The notes beneath the pieces were generated by a model that made no database searches, was not told the origin of the DNA, and saw only the letters and a program-made list of their open reading frames with translations. This document shows, one piece after another, positions 49,534 through 63,885 of a stretch of 64,000 nt of DNA. Within the stretch, counting starts at the first letter, position 1, and each line of letters starts with the position of its first letter. The position numbers and the translations under genes were made by a program. Source of the stretch: Octopus vulgaris (lineage: Eukaryota); NCBI GenBank assembly GCA_951406725.2, contig OX597830.1:31558001-31622000 (forward strand), read 5' to 3'.

Positions 49534-49863
49534 TTAATCCAAGCAATAGTTTAAGTCTATCACCAAAGTAGGCTGTAGCAGAAGGTCAAAAACAAGTAGC
49601 CCAAGGCATCCAGTCCAGTTATTCTTACAGTTTTCCCATATCTACTGCCCTGCAGGAGTACTTTTTTTTAATCAACTCCAAAACAATGAGAAACAAAGTT
49701 GATCTTGGTTGGATATGTTTTCTACATGGCTTGTAACACAAGGGTATGCCCTGACACCCTCCCATCTTCTCTCATTTTCTAATTGGGGTAGTAGTGGGGT
49801 TGATATAATTGACTTACCCATCACCCAAAATTGCTCGATTTGTGCCAAAAATTTGAAATCATT

Positions 49864-49916
<53 letters not shown>

Positions 49917-49917
49917 T

Positions 49918-50011
<94 letters not shown>

Positions 50012-50470
50012 GTATCATTATTATTACCATTATTCAGGTATTAAAGGAAACATTATTATTAGCAGTGATAAACTGTTTAGCACTAGGTCTTTTGGAAACA
50101 TTAGTGTCACTACATTGTGACTAATAATATTAGATTTTCATTGACTGTGTTTTTTTTTTTTACTCTGTATTCCTATATTTCTTTATAAAAAATCTCAGAT
50201 ATTTTTAACTGTTTTTCTTTCTTTTTCTTCTGACTGCCAGAATGTAAAGGAGACATTCAAGTGAGAGATGTCAATCACCTAAACAAACTGTCAATTGTTT
50301 AGATTAATTTCATTATTCAAAATATACAAATATATATGTATGTCTGTGTGTGTGTGTGTGTGTGTGTATGTACAACCTAAGCAAAAACTATTTAAAATCA
50401 TTTATTCCCATGTGACGCATTTCCCAGGATTATTGAATAGCACACCCACACGAACTTAAGCTTATATATT

Positions 50471-50596
<126 letters not shown>

Positions 50597-50773
50597 TTTA
50601 CGTACATGCATATATAGATATATATGTATATATATATGGATATATACGTAGATAGATAGAATGACAAAATATATTCAGAAGATAAACGCATATGAAAAAG
50701 CAAATACATATTTATGTATATTGCCAAATTAATTTAATTTTTACACACACACACACATATATATATCATATAA

Positions 50774-50826
<53 letters not shown>

Positions 50827-51037
50827 TACATATATATACATATATATAGGTATATATACATACATATATTTATCATATAAGTATACACACTCACACACAC
50901 ATATACACACTCATATATATATATCTCATATATGTAGATATATCATATATGTATATATATCATATATATATATATATATATATGAATATATACAAATATA
51001 ATATGTATATACACACATATATATAATGTGTGTGTGC

Positions 51038-51079
<42 letters not shown>

Positions 51080-51517
51080 AATTTTTTTATTAAAACTGAA
51101 GCTGAGAGTTTATCTTGAAACTTGAGTTCATGTCTCTACCATACATACACCCATTCCCCCACACTCACACAAAGTCACACATATACATATGTAGATGCAG
51201 ACTTACCAATATAATTATGCCAATAGATTAAACAGGCCCAAATCTATGGAAAAAATATTTTATTTGCTTGAATCCATTGGTACACATCACTTAAGAAATC
51301 TGACATCTCTTCTACACAGTGAATTCCTCATATTTAGTCAGAATTGGAAAAAAAAAAAGAGAGAACAGAAGAGAGAAAAAAATATTGTCATTTCTTTATA
51401 AGATCTAATTACAATTAAATATGAAGAATTCTGAAGGAAATTTGAATATTTTGTATTGGAAATGACTGTGACATCTCAAAGACTTAGTCTTCAATGACTG
51501 ATAATGATATTGGTTAA

Positions 51518-51770
51518 GTCAGCGAGCTGGCAGAATTGTTAGCATGCCAAGCGAAATGCTAAGTGGCATTTGATCAGTCTTCATGTTCTGAGTTCAAACT
51601 CTACTGAGGTCGACCTGGCTTTTTATCCTTTCAGGGCTGATAAGATAAGTACCAGTCAAGCACTGGTGTCAATACAATCGACTTATCACCCTGCCCTCAA
51701 AATTGCTGGCCTTGTGCCAAAATTTGAAATCGGTAATAATATTGGTTCCAAATTTTGGCACAAGGCCAGC
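51518..51770 (+). mobile_element. Family A SINE followed by an inverted copy of its tail
   Basis: GCGAGCTGGCAGAATTGTTAGC..TAAGTACCAG..GCTGGCCTTGTGCCAAAATTTG, then CAAATTTTGGCACAAGGCCAGC (51749-51770). Confidence 0.8.
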
Positions 51771-52053
51771 TGTTTCAGCTTATTGCCTTAATAATAATAA
51801 TGATAATAATGATAATGAGTAAGTGGAGCAAGAGCACACACAAAAACGAAAAGTGTCACTGTAGAGGTCACAGATGTGTGACGAAAGATTCTTGGACAAT
51901 AGACATGAGTTGAAATAAAAATGAAAATAAAAACAGCAATAAATGAGTGAAGAACAAATATATAGTGTATGTTTATTTTGCAAAAAAAGGAAAAAATGAC
52001 CATCCCGAAATACAAAAGCAACAAAACAACAACAACAACAACAATAATAATAA

Positions 52054-52519
52054 GGATTTCATTTATTTGCCACAAGGGTGAAGGATGAGGGGGACAATAC
52101 AAAAACAGACATAAAGTGTAGGGGTTTACATATAATGAAATGATATAAATAAAAATGTAAAAAAGAAAAAAATTAAGTATACATGGTATGCACTGAAAAA
52201 GAAGGGACATATGCAGAGCATATAAAGGTTTAAAAAAAGAAAAGTGGCAGGGAGGGCGATAAAGATGTGGCCCTCCTGATACAGGAAGGGCTCTTGGGAT
52301 AATTGAGTAACCCCCCCCCACTGTCTGAGACTACCTTGAAACCCCAGGAGTGAGTGCCCCCTCCAATTCCTTATCTCTGACTCACAGGTCTACACTTAGA
52401 GAGGTACCATCCACTCTTGCCATTTTCGCAACTTTCACTCACCTTTCAATAAACTCACTTGAGGACAGCATTTTCCTCCCCACTCATAATTTCCTTCTCA
52501 AGTGGAACTTGAAGAAGTC

Positions 52520-52520
<1 letters not shown>
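52054..52520 (-). mobile_element. 3' end of a related Tx1/L1-type LINE, between TAA repeats
   Basis: Minus-strand DFFKFHLRRKL*VGRKMLSSSEFIER*VKVAKMARVDG aligns with [38 protein letters not shown]; terminus CCCTTGTGGCAAATAAATGAAATCC. Confidence 0.8.
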
Positions 52521-52573
<53 letters not shown>

Positions 52574-52583
52574 CATAATAATA

Positions 52584-52797
52584 ATCCTTTCTGTTATAGG
52601 CAAAAGGCCTGAAATTTTTGGGGAGGGGACTAGTTGATTACATCAACTGCAGTGTTTCACTGGTACTTAATTTATTGATCCCAAAAGGATGAAAGGCAAA
52701 ATTTACCTGGGTGGAATTTGAACTCAGAATGCAAAGATGAACAAAATACTATTAAGCATGTTTCCCAGAATTCTAAGAATTCTCCCAGCTTGCTGCC

Positions 52798-52798
<1 letters not shown>
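52584..52798 (-). mobile_element. Family A SINE in (TAA)n
   Basis: AATCCTTTCTGTTATAGGCAAAAGGCC..GGATGAAAGGCAAA..CCCAGCTTGCTGCC. Confidence 0.8.
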
Positions 52799-52870
<72 letters not shown>

Positions 52871-52889
52871 TGATGATGATAATAATAAT

Positions 52890-55036
52890 TACTAGCCTGT
52901 CACCTGTCTACCCCTGATGTGGAAGCTGATGACAGGTATAATATCTAATTATGTGTATAACTTCCTGGAAATGAATGACAAACTGCCAGCAGAAGAGAAA
53001 GGGTGCAGAAGGAAAAACCGAGGGATGAAAGACCAACTTATGATAATCCAAATGGTACTGAATGACTGCAAGAAAAGACTTACTAATCTTGGCATGGTGT
53101 GGATCGATTATAAGAAAGTGTACGACATGGATGGTCCTCCATTCCTGGATTTTAGGAAGTCTAGAGCTGGTACAGGTGTCTGATAACATATCAAATTTTA
53201 TCAGGAGATTAATGAAAAACTGAAATACAGAGTTAACTTCATGTGGAAAATTTTGGCGAGGGTTAATATCAAAAGAGGCATATTACAAGGAGATAGCCTA
53301 TCACCATTGCTGTTTGTGATTTGTTTGATACCCCTCACATAAATTTTGTCGAAAGTGACATCAGGGTACACCTTGAAAAGTAATGGAAAATTAAATCATC
53401 TGTTTTATATGAATGTCTTAAAGAAATTGGAAAGACTGAACATGAAATAAATGGCCTAGCTTCAACAGTGCAGATATTCAGTAAGGATATCGGAAAGGAA
53501 TTTGGGACTAAACAGTATGGTAAGCTTATAATACAAAGGCGGTGAGCTGGCAGAAACGTTAGCATGCCAGGCGAAATGCGTAGCCATATTTCGTCTGCCG
53601 TTACGTTCTGAGTTCAAATTCTGCCGAGGTCGACTTTGCCTTTCATCCTTTTTGGGTCGATTAAATAAGTACCAGTTACGCACTGGGGTCAGTATAATCA
53701 ACTTAATCCGTTTGTCTGTCCTTGTTTGTCCTCCCTGTGTTTAGCCCCTTGCGGGTAGTAAAGAAATATATAATACAAAGATGCAAAGTAGTGTTGTCTG
53801 ATGGTGTACAGCTACCCAACAGTGAGAAAAACAAGGATATTGAGACTAATGGATATAATTATCTGAGGATTTTAGAATAAGGACAAAATCAAGGAAAGTG
53901 AAATGAAGGAAAGCTTTAGGTGAGAATATCTCAGATGAACAAGGTTAATTATGGGAGATAGAATCAATGGAAAAAACAAAATCAGGGCAATGAATGCATG
54001 GGCTGTTTCCTTAATGTGATACAGTGCAGGTGTTGTTAGGTGGACAAAGAATGAGTTTGAGGAAATGGACAGGGAAGCTAGAAAAGTGATGACAATTAAC
54101 AAGGAACTACATCCAAAAAGCGATATTGACAGACTGTATGTGACTAGAAACAGGGGTGGAAGAGATCTCATAGGATGTAAGATCCGTGTTGTCAATGAGA
54201 AGAACAACCTGGGATGTTACATCAAACACCAGAGTGCCACTGTTAGAATTAGCAATATAATACCCACCAAAAATGTGATGCACCCACAAACAATTATGAA
54301 ACAAGATGAAGACAGAGTAAATAACTGGAAAAGGAAACCACTGCATGGGTAATACCTCAGAGAAATTGAAAGAAAGGATAAGATCAACTCTGGAGATGGT
54401 TAAGAAAAAGTGATCTGAAAGGATGCAGTGAGACATTGATTTGCAGTGCCCAGAGTCAAGCTCTGAGAACTAATTACACCAAGTTACAAATAGATAAGAA
54501 CAGTGAATCACCCCTTTGTGGGATGTGCAGCACCAGAAAGGAAACACTCTCACATATTGTGAGTGAATGTAGTAAACTGACCCAAAAGGAGGCATGATAA
54601 TGTGGCTCAGTTCGTCCAATGGAGGCTATGGGAAAAGTATGGCCTGAACAGAGTGCAGAAATGGTTTGAACATGAACCAGGAGTCACTGAGAACAAGGAA
54701 TATAAGATACTGTGGGCTTTTACAGTCCAATGTGTCTCCCTAATCGAGGCTCAATGACTAGATATTGTTGTGGTAAAGGAAAAAAGGAAACCAATGTCAT
54801 AGATATTGCAATACCTGGAGATGCACTCATAAGTGACAAAGAACTAGAAAAAATTGAAAAATAGAGACAACCAAAAGAAGAAACTGTAGGAACGTGGACT
54901 AAGTGGAGAGTGTCTGACAGTCCATCACTCGGAGATCAAACAACCAAGTTCGAGAAATATGTCAAAGAAATTGGAATTGACATGAGAGAAGAGCAAGCCC
55001 CCAAAACTGCTTTGTTGGGAACAGTTAGGATTTTGA
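52890..55036 (+). pseudogene. Decayed 2.1-kb Dong-type element (RT to RLE)
   Basis: [78 protein letters not shown] and ALLGTVRIL, with many stops; (TAA)n at the 5' flank. Confidence 0.9.
53539..53768 (+). mobile_element. Full-length family A SINE with Tx1-like tail, inserted into the Dong copy
   Basis: 12-bp TSD TATAATACAAAG (53527-53538 / 53769-53780); head GCGGTGAGCTGGCAGAAACGTTAGC; tail GTTTAGCCCCTTGCGGGTAGTAAAGAAATA. Confidence 0.92.
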
Positions 55037-55352
55037 TTGCTAGCATGGGTTGAATGGTTTGACTGAGGTCTGGAGAGCCAGTGGCTGCACCAGGCTCCAA
55101 TCTGATCTGGTAATGTTTCTACAGCTTGATGCCCTTTCTAACGCCAACCACACCGAGAGATTAATGGGTGCTTTTTACATGCCATCAGCACAGGAATCAG
55201 TCAGGCGAACCTGGCATCAATCATGTTTGGATAGTGCATTTTATGTGCCACTGGCACTGAGGCCAGTCGGGGAGGTATTGGCATCGGTCATGTTTGGATG
55301 GTGCTTTTAACGTGCCACTGGCATGGGAGCCAATCAATCAGGCCTGGCATCG
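55037..55352 (-). mobile_element. Family C 3' UTR with tandem GTGCTTTT..GTGCCACTGGCAC repeats
   Basis: TGCTAGCATGGGTTG..CTTGATGCCCTTTCTAACGCCAACCAC plus three repeat units of about 70 bp. Confidence 0.7.
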
Positions 55353-56139
55353 ATTATTTTGAAAACAACAAAGGATTGTGTCTATTGTTAATACAGTGTT
55401 GTAGATTTTACATAGTCGTATGGCCTGCTAGAAACAACAGCTATATTTCCCTTGAAAAAGCAACCCTCAATTCTAAAAATGAAATGTTGTTATCCAACAT
55501 CCTTGATATAAATGGAAGATAGAATAATAGAAGTATAAAAATATCCAGTTTTAATTGAAGAACACACTGGATAGATGTAATTCTGGATATAACATATTTG
55601 GAAAGAAGAAAAGGGATGGTCATGAGCAATAAGTCTTTTTGGTGCTAAGTCTGTTTCACAAGGGACGACCTGGAGCTGAATAACAATTATTGAGAAAAAA
55701 TTTATTTATCTATATTTTTAGCTGTGACAAAATTTCTTAAGAAAATCATACAAAAATCCAGCTTATCCTTGTCGTCATCATCATCATCATCATTGTTGCC
55801 GTCATTATTGTCATCATTATCACCACCATCATCTTCATCATCATCATCATCATCACTACCACCACCACCACCACCGTTTTAATGTCTACTTTTCCTTGTT
55901 TGCAGAGGTCAAACAGAATTAGTCGAGGCAGATTTTTCTACACCTGGAGGCCCTTCCAGTCACCAATGTTCACCTTTTTCCAAAGTAAGCTAATATTTCT
56001 CCCTTGGCCAGACATGTTTTTAAAGAAATGCTTGTTTCCAAGTGAGGTGATGATCTTCCAGCCTATCAAACAACAGCAGCCCAGATTTGTTTACACAGAG
56101 AACTAAAAGCAAATGACAACATACAATTAATCCTTTTGT

Positions 56140-56910
56140 TTTCTTCCTGTGGAATATTTCATATCTTTCTACCAAATTTATTTGTTCTGATAAATATTTT
56201 CATGGTTGTTTTACCAGATATATTTTTACAAATAAATATTTTCCTCTCTACCAAATATATTAATTTCAATAAATGTTTCCATATAATTTCTATGAAATAT
56301 ATTTATCACCATAATTATTTTCATATTTTCTCTTATGAATTATATTTATTCCAATAAACATATTTTTCAATCAATTATATTTTTCCCAAGAAATATATTC
56401 CTGCTTTGTATCCAAATATTTATTCAAGTAAATATTTTAATGTATTTTTCTACTAAATATTCCAACATGTATATATTTTCTACCAAAAACTAAATTTTTA
56501 CAATAAATGCTTTCATATTTTTCTGCCAGACATATTTATTCCAATAAATATTTACATATTTTCTCTAATAAATAGATATATATTCCAATAAATAGTTTTA
56601 TATTTTTCTACCAAAAACTGCATATTGTAAAAAAAAAATTTTATATTTCTCTACCAAAAACATTTCCTCTAATGAATATTCTCGTGTAGTCTTCAATAAA
56701 TATATATCTATTATTCCGATAAATACTTTCTTATTTTTTCTACCAAATATTTTTATTTCAATAAATAAATTCTTTTTTTTTTTTCAACCAAGCATATTTA
56801 TCCCAATAAATATATCTAGATTTTCTCTTTATGAAATATATTTACTCCTCCAAATATTTTCATATTTTCTCTATCAGATAAATTTATTTCAATAAATATC
56901 TTTATGCTTT
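56140..56910. repeat. AT-rich degenerate minisatellite, about 40-bp unit TTTTCTACCAAATATATTTATTCCAATAAATA
   Basis: TCTACCAAA and CAATAAAT(A/G) cores alternate at a regular spacing across about 770 bp. Confidence 0.75.
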
Positions 56911-56984
56911 TACATATCACATGACTCAACAAATTAAAAAAAAAAACATTTTTTTTTTTGTTTCATTTACTTTTTACAAAATAT

Positions 56985-57915
56985 ATCTTTTATCTTTTAC
57001 TTGTTTCAGCCATGCTGGAGCACTACCTTGAAAAATCTTTTAGTTGAATATATTGATCCCAGTATTTATATCTTTCTTTCAAAGCCTGGTACTAATTCCA
57101 TCAGTCTATTTTGCTAAACCGCTTAGTTACAGGGAGATAAGCACACCAACACCAGTTGTATGGAGGCACAATGGCCCAGTGGTTAGGGCAGCGAACTCGT
57201 GGTCGAAAGAACATGGTTTCAATTCCCAGACTGGGCATTTTGAATGTTTATTGAGCAAAAACACCTAAGCTTCATGAGGATCCGGCAGGGGAGGGTGGTG
57301 AACTCTGCTGTACTCTCTCCCCGCAACTTTCTCTCACGCTTTCTTCCTACTTCTGCCACAAAGCAGAGGATCCATGGTGTAACCCACTATGGTGTGGTAA
57401 ACTTTCAAACCCTAGTATAGATTGCGAATCCTCTGTGTGCCCCAAGATGGTTCAGCTCTCCACCCATTAAAAAGCCTCCATTTACGGAATGAGGATAACA
57501 ACATAGCTTTCATGCCCGTGCAACTGCCAGTCTATCGCGTGTGGCAGGTGGATCTTCAAGTTGCCACACGCATTCTTAGTAGCTTAGAGTAGGCTCGAAT
57601 TAGTGATTATTCTTTGTGGCTAATGGCGTGAGTCCTGATTGGAAGAAGAAGAAGAAGAAGAAGAAGAAGAAGAAGAAGAAGAAGAAGAAGAAGAAGACCA
57701 GTTGTCAAGTGGTGATGGGGAGACAAACACTGACACAAAGACACACACATACATATATACATATACACATACATATATATATATATATACACAATGGGAT
57801 TCTTTCAGTTTCCACTCACAAGGCTTTGATCAGCTCAAGGCTATAGTAGAAGACACTTGCCCAAAGTTCCATGCACTGGTATTGAACCCTGAACCATGTG
57901 GTTGAGAAGCAAGCT
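56985..57915 (-). mobile_element. Family B SINE split by a nested insertion
   Basis: 3' half at 56985-57159 and 5' half at 57697-57915 (CCACTCACAAGG..TAGTAGAAGACACTTGCCCAA). Confidence 0.8.
57160..57696 (+). mobile_element. tRNA-headed SINE, family F, about 480 bp plus (GAA)n tail
   Basis: A-box-like TGGCCCAGTGGTTAGG, B-box-like GGTTTCAATTCCC, (GAA)n tail, TSD ACCAGTTGT (57151-57159 / 57697-57705). Confidence 0.85.
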
Positions 57916-58286
57916 ACATCATTTGCATTCCCTGAATACTTTCTACCAGTTATTGCAATCCTTGTGTTTGATACTTAATTTTACTTATCTACCCACACCA
58001 TCTGAACCCATCTTCAAAATATGTTTCTGCTTCTTATATTTATCTTTTTTTGACATTTGATATTTTACATATTTTTTTTATTATTATTATCAAAGAATTC
58101 TTTCCTTTTTTTTATTATAACCTTTTCTTCTTTCCTCTTCCTTCTACGTCACATATTTTTGTCCTTGATCTCTTTACTTCATCATATTTTTTTCTCATAT
58201 TTTGCTATCACATATATTAGGCTTTTAAATTTTTGTACATATATACATATATACATACACACATACATACATGCGTATATACACAG

Positions 58287-58318
<32 letters not shown>

Positions 58319-58415
58319 GTATATATATATATTCATATATATATATGCATATATACATATATATATATATGTATGTATATATCTAAATATGCATGTATTT
58401 GTGTCTATATATATG

Positions 58416-58492
<77 letters not shown>

Positions 58493-58788
58493 GACTTTGC
58501 TAAAATATCTTTTTTTTCTGCTTCCTATATATCACTCCTACACATAAATACACACTCATCAAAAACATATTTTTATTTATTTCCTTTTTTTTTTCTTACT
58601 GTTTTTTTTTTAATTTCTTAATTAAAATATATTTTCATATATTTGCCTCAATTATTCTTTTCTGAAATGAATCTATTTCAAACAGGTTTTATATATCATG
58701 ATTGTTATTATGATTATGATTACCACTGGTGATTATTAATATCATCATCATCATCATCATCCTTATTATTATTATTATTTTTATTATG

Positions 58789-58851
<63 letters not shown>

Positions 58852-58900
58852 GATTATTATTATTTTTATTATTATTATTATTACTATTATTATTATTATG

Positions 58901-58963
<63 letters not shown>

Positions 58964-58966
58964 GCG

Positions 58967-59014
<48 letters not shown>

Positions 59015-59914
59015 AACATCATCATCATCAGCAGCAGTATTATAATAATAATTATTATTATATATATTTTGTACTTATTTCCTTTCTTTCCTTCAAAATA
59101 CTTTTTGTTTGCTTGTTTGTTTGTTCGTTCGTTATTTTTTTTTTAGAAATATTTTCATCTTATCAAACAAATACGTTCATTAGAAAATAAAAACAACAAC
59201 AAAAACAAGAAAAGAACACACACATATACACACACAAATATACACTCACACGCGCACACACACATAACTTTATGTAATACACACACTCACTCACACACAC
59301 GCACACATATACACACACATGCATACACGCACTAACGTAAACACATACACACGTGCACATATATAAATATACAAACACAACTACAAATTTGCTAAAAATC
59401 AATTCTCAAACATTTCATTTATCTATTATATATGCATCGCAAAAATAATTTTTTTCTTCTTTCGTTACTTTTTAATATTCAAACATTCAAATTTCTAACC
59501 ATTATCTATCAGACAAATTTATTATCATTTCTTTCCCTCTTATTTCTGAAAACACTTCATTACCAATTATTATAAATTATCATAAAAGAAGAAATCATTA
59601 TTATCAGAAAGAAAAAAAATAAAAAAATAAAAATAATAATAATAATGATGATAAAAATAAAGTGCACAAACACACACACACATACACAGACACATGCATG
59701 CTTATGTGCACACACATACTTGCACATGTACACACACATGCACACACACACGCAACAACAACACACACAACAGCAGCAACAACAAGAAGAAAGATTTAAA
59801 AGAAATATAAAACATCAAAATGAAACGAAAAAGGAAATCATCATAGGCATCATCATCATCACCCTCATCATCATCATAATCCACCCCTCCTCCTCATCAT
59901 CATTGTCATCGTCT

Positions 59915-59945
<31 letters not shown>

Positions 59946-59994
59946 CATCACCATCATCATAATCCTCCCCCTCCTCCTCCTCATCGTCATCGTC

Positions 59995-60055
<61 letters not shown>

Positions 60056-60458
60056 ACATTACCATTATTAAAGGAAACCATTTTCTATAATATCAAACAT
60101 TTTCAAATATATATATATCTTACTGCAACAGCAAAATTAACAACAACAACAACAACAACAAACAACAAAATTAGCGAGAAGAAAGAAGAAGAAGAACAAC
60201 AACAAGAACAAAAAAACAGCAACAGCAACAACAACTGCAGAACTATGAACAACAGCAGCAGCAACAACAACAGCAAATGCATCAGTAATGACAAGGACAT
60301 CATCATCAACAACAACAACAACAACAACAATAACAATAATGGCGAACAGAAAAGGCTGCAGCTGCATGACTAGCACCACTGTCAACGACGACGGCAACAA
60401 CAACAAGAATGATAGCTATAGCAACAGCATTGACAACAACAACAACGACAACAACAAC

Positions 60459-60986
60459 AATAATAAAGAACATCACCAACAACAAATATCACCACTACCA
60501 CCACCACCACCACCACCACCACAATCACCATCTCTGATAACAACAACAACAACAGTAACAAACATCGCCTCCATGGATACTACTAACCATCACCACCACA
60601 ATTACATCTCTGATAACAACAACAACAGCAACAACAACAACAATAATAAAGAACATCACCAACAACAAATATCACCACTACCACCACCACCACCACCACC
60701 ACCACCACCACCACCACCACCACAATCACCATCTCTGATAACAACAACAACAACAACAGTAACAAACATAGCCTCCATGGATACTACTACCACCATCACC
60801 ACCACAATTACATCTCTGATAACAACAACAACAGCAACAACAACAACAATAATAAAGAACATCACCAACAACAAATATCACCACCACCACCACCACAATC
60901 ACCATCTCTGATAACAACAACAACAACAGTAACAAACATAGCCTCCACGGATACTACTACCACCATCACCACCACAATTACCATCT

Positions 60987-61010
<24 letters not shown>
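60459..61010. repeat. Three-copy compound tandem repeat (about 160-205 bp unit) with embedded (CCA)n/(CAA)n
   Basis: AATAATAAAGAACATCACCAACAACAAATATCACC..CCATCTCTGATAAC..GTAACAAACAT.GCCTCCA.GGATACTAC occurs three times. Confidence 0.9.
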
Positions 61011-61017
<7 letters not shown>

Positions 61018-62094
61018 CTGCAGCAATAACAACTGCAACAGCAGCAGCAGCAGTGGCAGCAGCAGTAGCAGCAGCAGCAGCAAAAATATTTAATTTTGCA
61101 ACAAACTATTCTTTTGTTTTATAAAATATCTTCTTCCCAATTTTCACTTTGGTTTTTCATTATTCTATCAAATGGCTGATATATTGTTGTTCTCTTAATT
61201 TTACAATATATCACTATTTAAAATATTTCATTTCCCCAACAACAAATATGTATATTTTCAATAAAAATCTTTTATTGCTATATTTTTGCTTCGTTTTAGT
61301 TTTGTTTGTTTGTTTGTTTGTTTGTTTGTTTTATATATTCGACCAAAGACGAAATTTTGCATTGCACTGTTATACATGCACACACACAAACACACACACA
61401 CACATGTATATATGCATGTATTCAATGCATATATATGTTTATATATATATATACATATATGTACATATCTGTACACATATTCATATATGTGTTTATGTGT
61501 TTATATACATATATATAAACATATGTACATATATAAATATACATATATATATGTCTATATATGCATGTACATATCGGTACACATATTCATATATATATAT
61601 ATATATATATATAAAGATATATATATATTAAGATATATATATATGTACACATGTGTGTGAGTGTGTCTACATATGTATGTTTTTGTTTGTGTGTGTATCT
61701 ACTTATTCACTGTGATAGATGGGTACAGGGATAGATAATGAGGTAAATAGATGGATACACATACGTATAAATGCATGTCATTTATATAGATTTAGGTGTT
61801 CAAGTAAAACCAGTAACATACGCACACACACAAACACACACACTCCCTTATACAAAAACATTTACGCATGCATACACACACATATGTGTATATATAGATA
61901 TATAAGTATACATGCCTATATATACCTTTAAATGTGTGTGTGTATGTATGCATGTGTGTGTGTATCTCTCACTTTCTTTCAACATGCAAACATATGTATG
62001 CATGTATGTCTGTTTTATGTATGTATATATATATATATATTTACATAAGTGTGTGTATATATATATGTATATATATGTGTGTGTGTATATATAT

Positions 62095-62498
<404 letters not shown>

Positions 62499-62575
62499 TT
62501 ATATGAAAAAATAACCAAAAACAGAAAGACATGCACAAATGCAGAACCAACAACACAACAAACACCCAGATCCCA

Positions 62576-62639
<64 letters not shown>

Positions 62640-63151
62640 GTAATGATGATGATTTTAAAAACAAAGCAAAACAAATGGAAATAGGGAATACTATATAGGG
62701 AATTTGAGAAGAAAGCGTAATAGGAAATCTGACAATGATTAAGTAAGTGTATTATTTGTCTGTTGACAATTTTAATTTTCTCTCAAGGTTGTAGATGAGA
62801 AAATTTTAATAAATGATGGAGAAAGTGATCATTTTATAATTTCCCTTCATTTTCTATTTTCCATTTTTTCATTTTGTTTTTATTTTAATTAATTTTTTTT
62901 TTTTTTGAAATGAATAAATGTTGAAATAATCTGAGAGGTTTTTGGATCCTTTTGTTTTTGTTTTTCTTTTGCTTTACTTTGAATTATAAATTTAAATAAA
63001 TACTAAAAATATGCTGTGGTTTTTACCACCCCACTTTTATTTTTCCCTTGATTTTTCTGACAATATCTTAAAATGAAAAAAAAAATCTAAAAATCATTTA
63101 TATTTTATATGTAAAGGTTTTGAACATTTCTAGGTCTTTACCATGTACACT

Positions 63152-63227
<76 letters not shown>

Positions 63228-63610
63228 TATATGTCAATTTAAATATTCTGAAGAATGAAATATGAATAAATTAATGAATGCTGTTAATTGCATGTATAAG
63301 AATCCAGATGTGTTGGAATTTGATTAAAACATATTCTTGTATTTTTTTGTCTTTTAGTGATTCTCTTGGTGGCATTTTGCAACATCCTTTTCAAAGAAAT
63401 TATTATGTTGAAACACTGGTGCTTACATAATGTGAGGAGATATAAGGAAGATCCACTGAACGTTTTGTCCAATAAAATATTCTTCCTTATTTGGTCAACT
63501 GATGTAAAAGCTTCTGATGTGACTCTAATAAGTATTGGAAATTAATTAAAGTTGTCCATCTATGGAAATTTTAATTTGATGTGTTTGTATGTCTTCTCCA
63601 TATGTTTACT

Positions 63611-63885
63611 TAGCGGTTCCCAAAGCGGGTGGTATTGCCCTCCTGCGGGTGGTGGAAAGTTCCAAGGGGGCATTGAAGAAAAGTGGGGGCAATAATAGGG
63701 TAGCAGTTCAAATAAAAACAACAAAATAATGGGTTCATTAGGTCAAGTTTTAATTGTGAAATACATTTGCTTTGAATTTGCTTCAGAAAGGGGTCTATAT
63801 TTGTGATGGTTAGTTGGGATGGGGTGCTAGGAATGTGGCCTGGTAGTCAAGGATTTGGCAGCTTGAAAATGTTTGGGAATCATAG
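63611..63885. mobile_element. hAT (Charlie-like) MITE
   Basis: TIR-like TAGCGGTTCCCAAA / TTTGGGAATCATAG, with a flanking GTTTAC(T/A)T duplication. Confidence 0.65.

Noticed and set aside
60288-60911. 207-aa Thr/Asn/Pro-rich ORF
   Set aside because: Built from triplet repeats in a tandem array whose units shift frame; not reported as a CDS.
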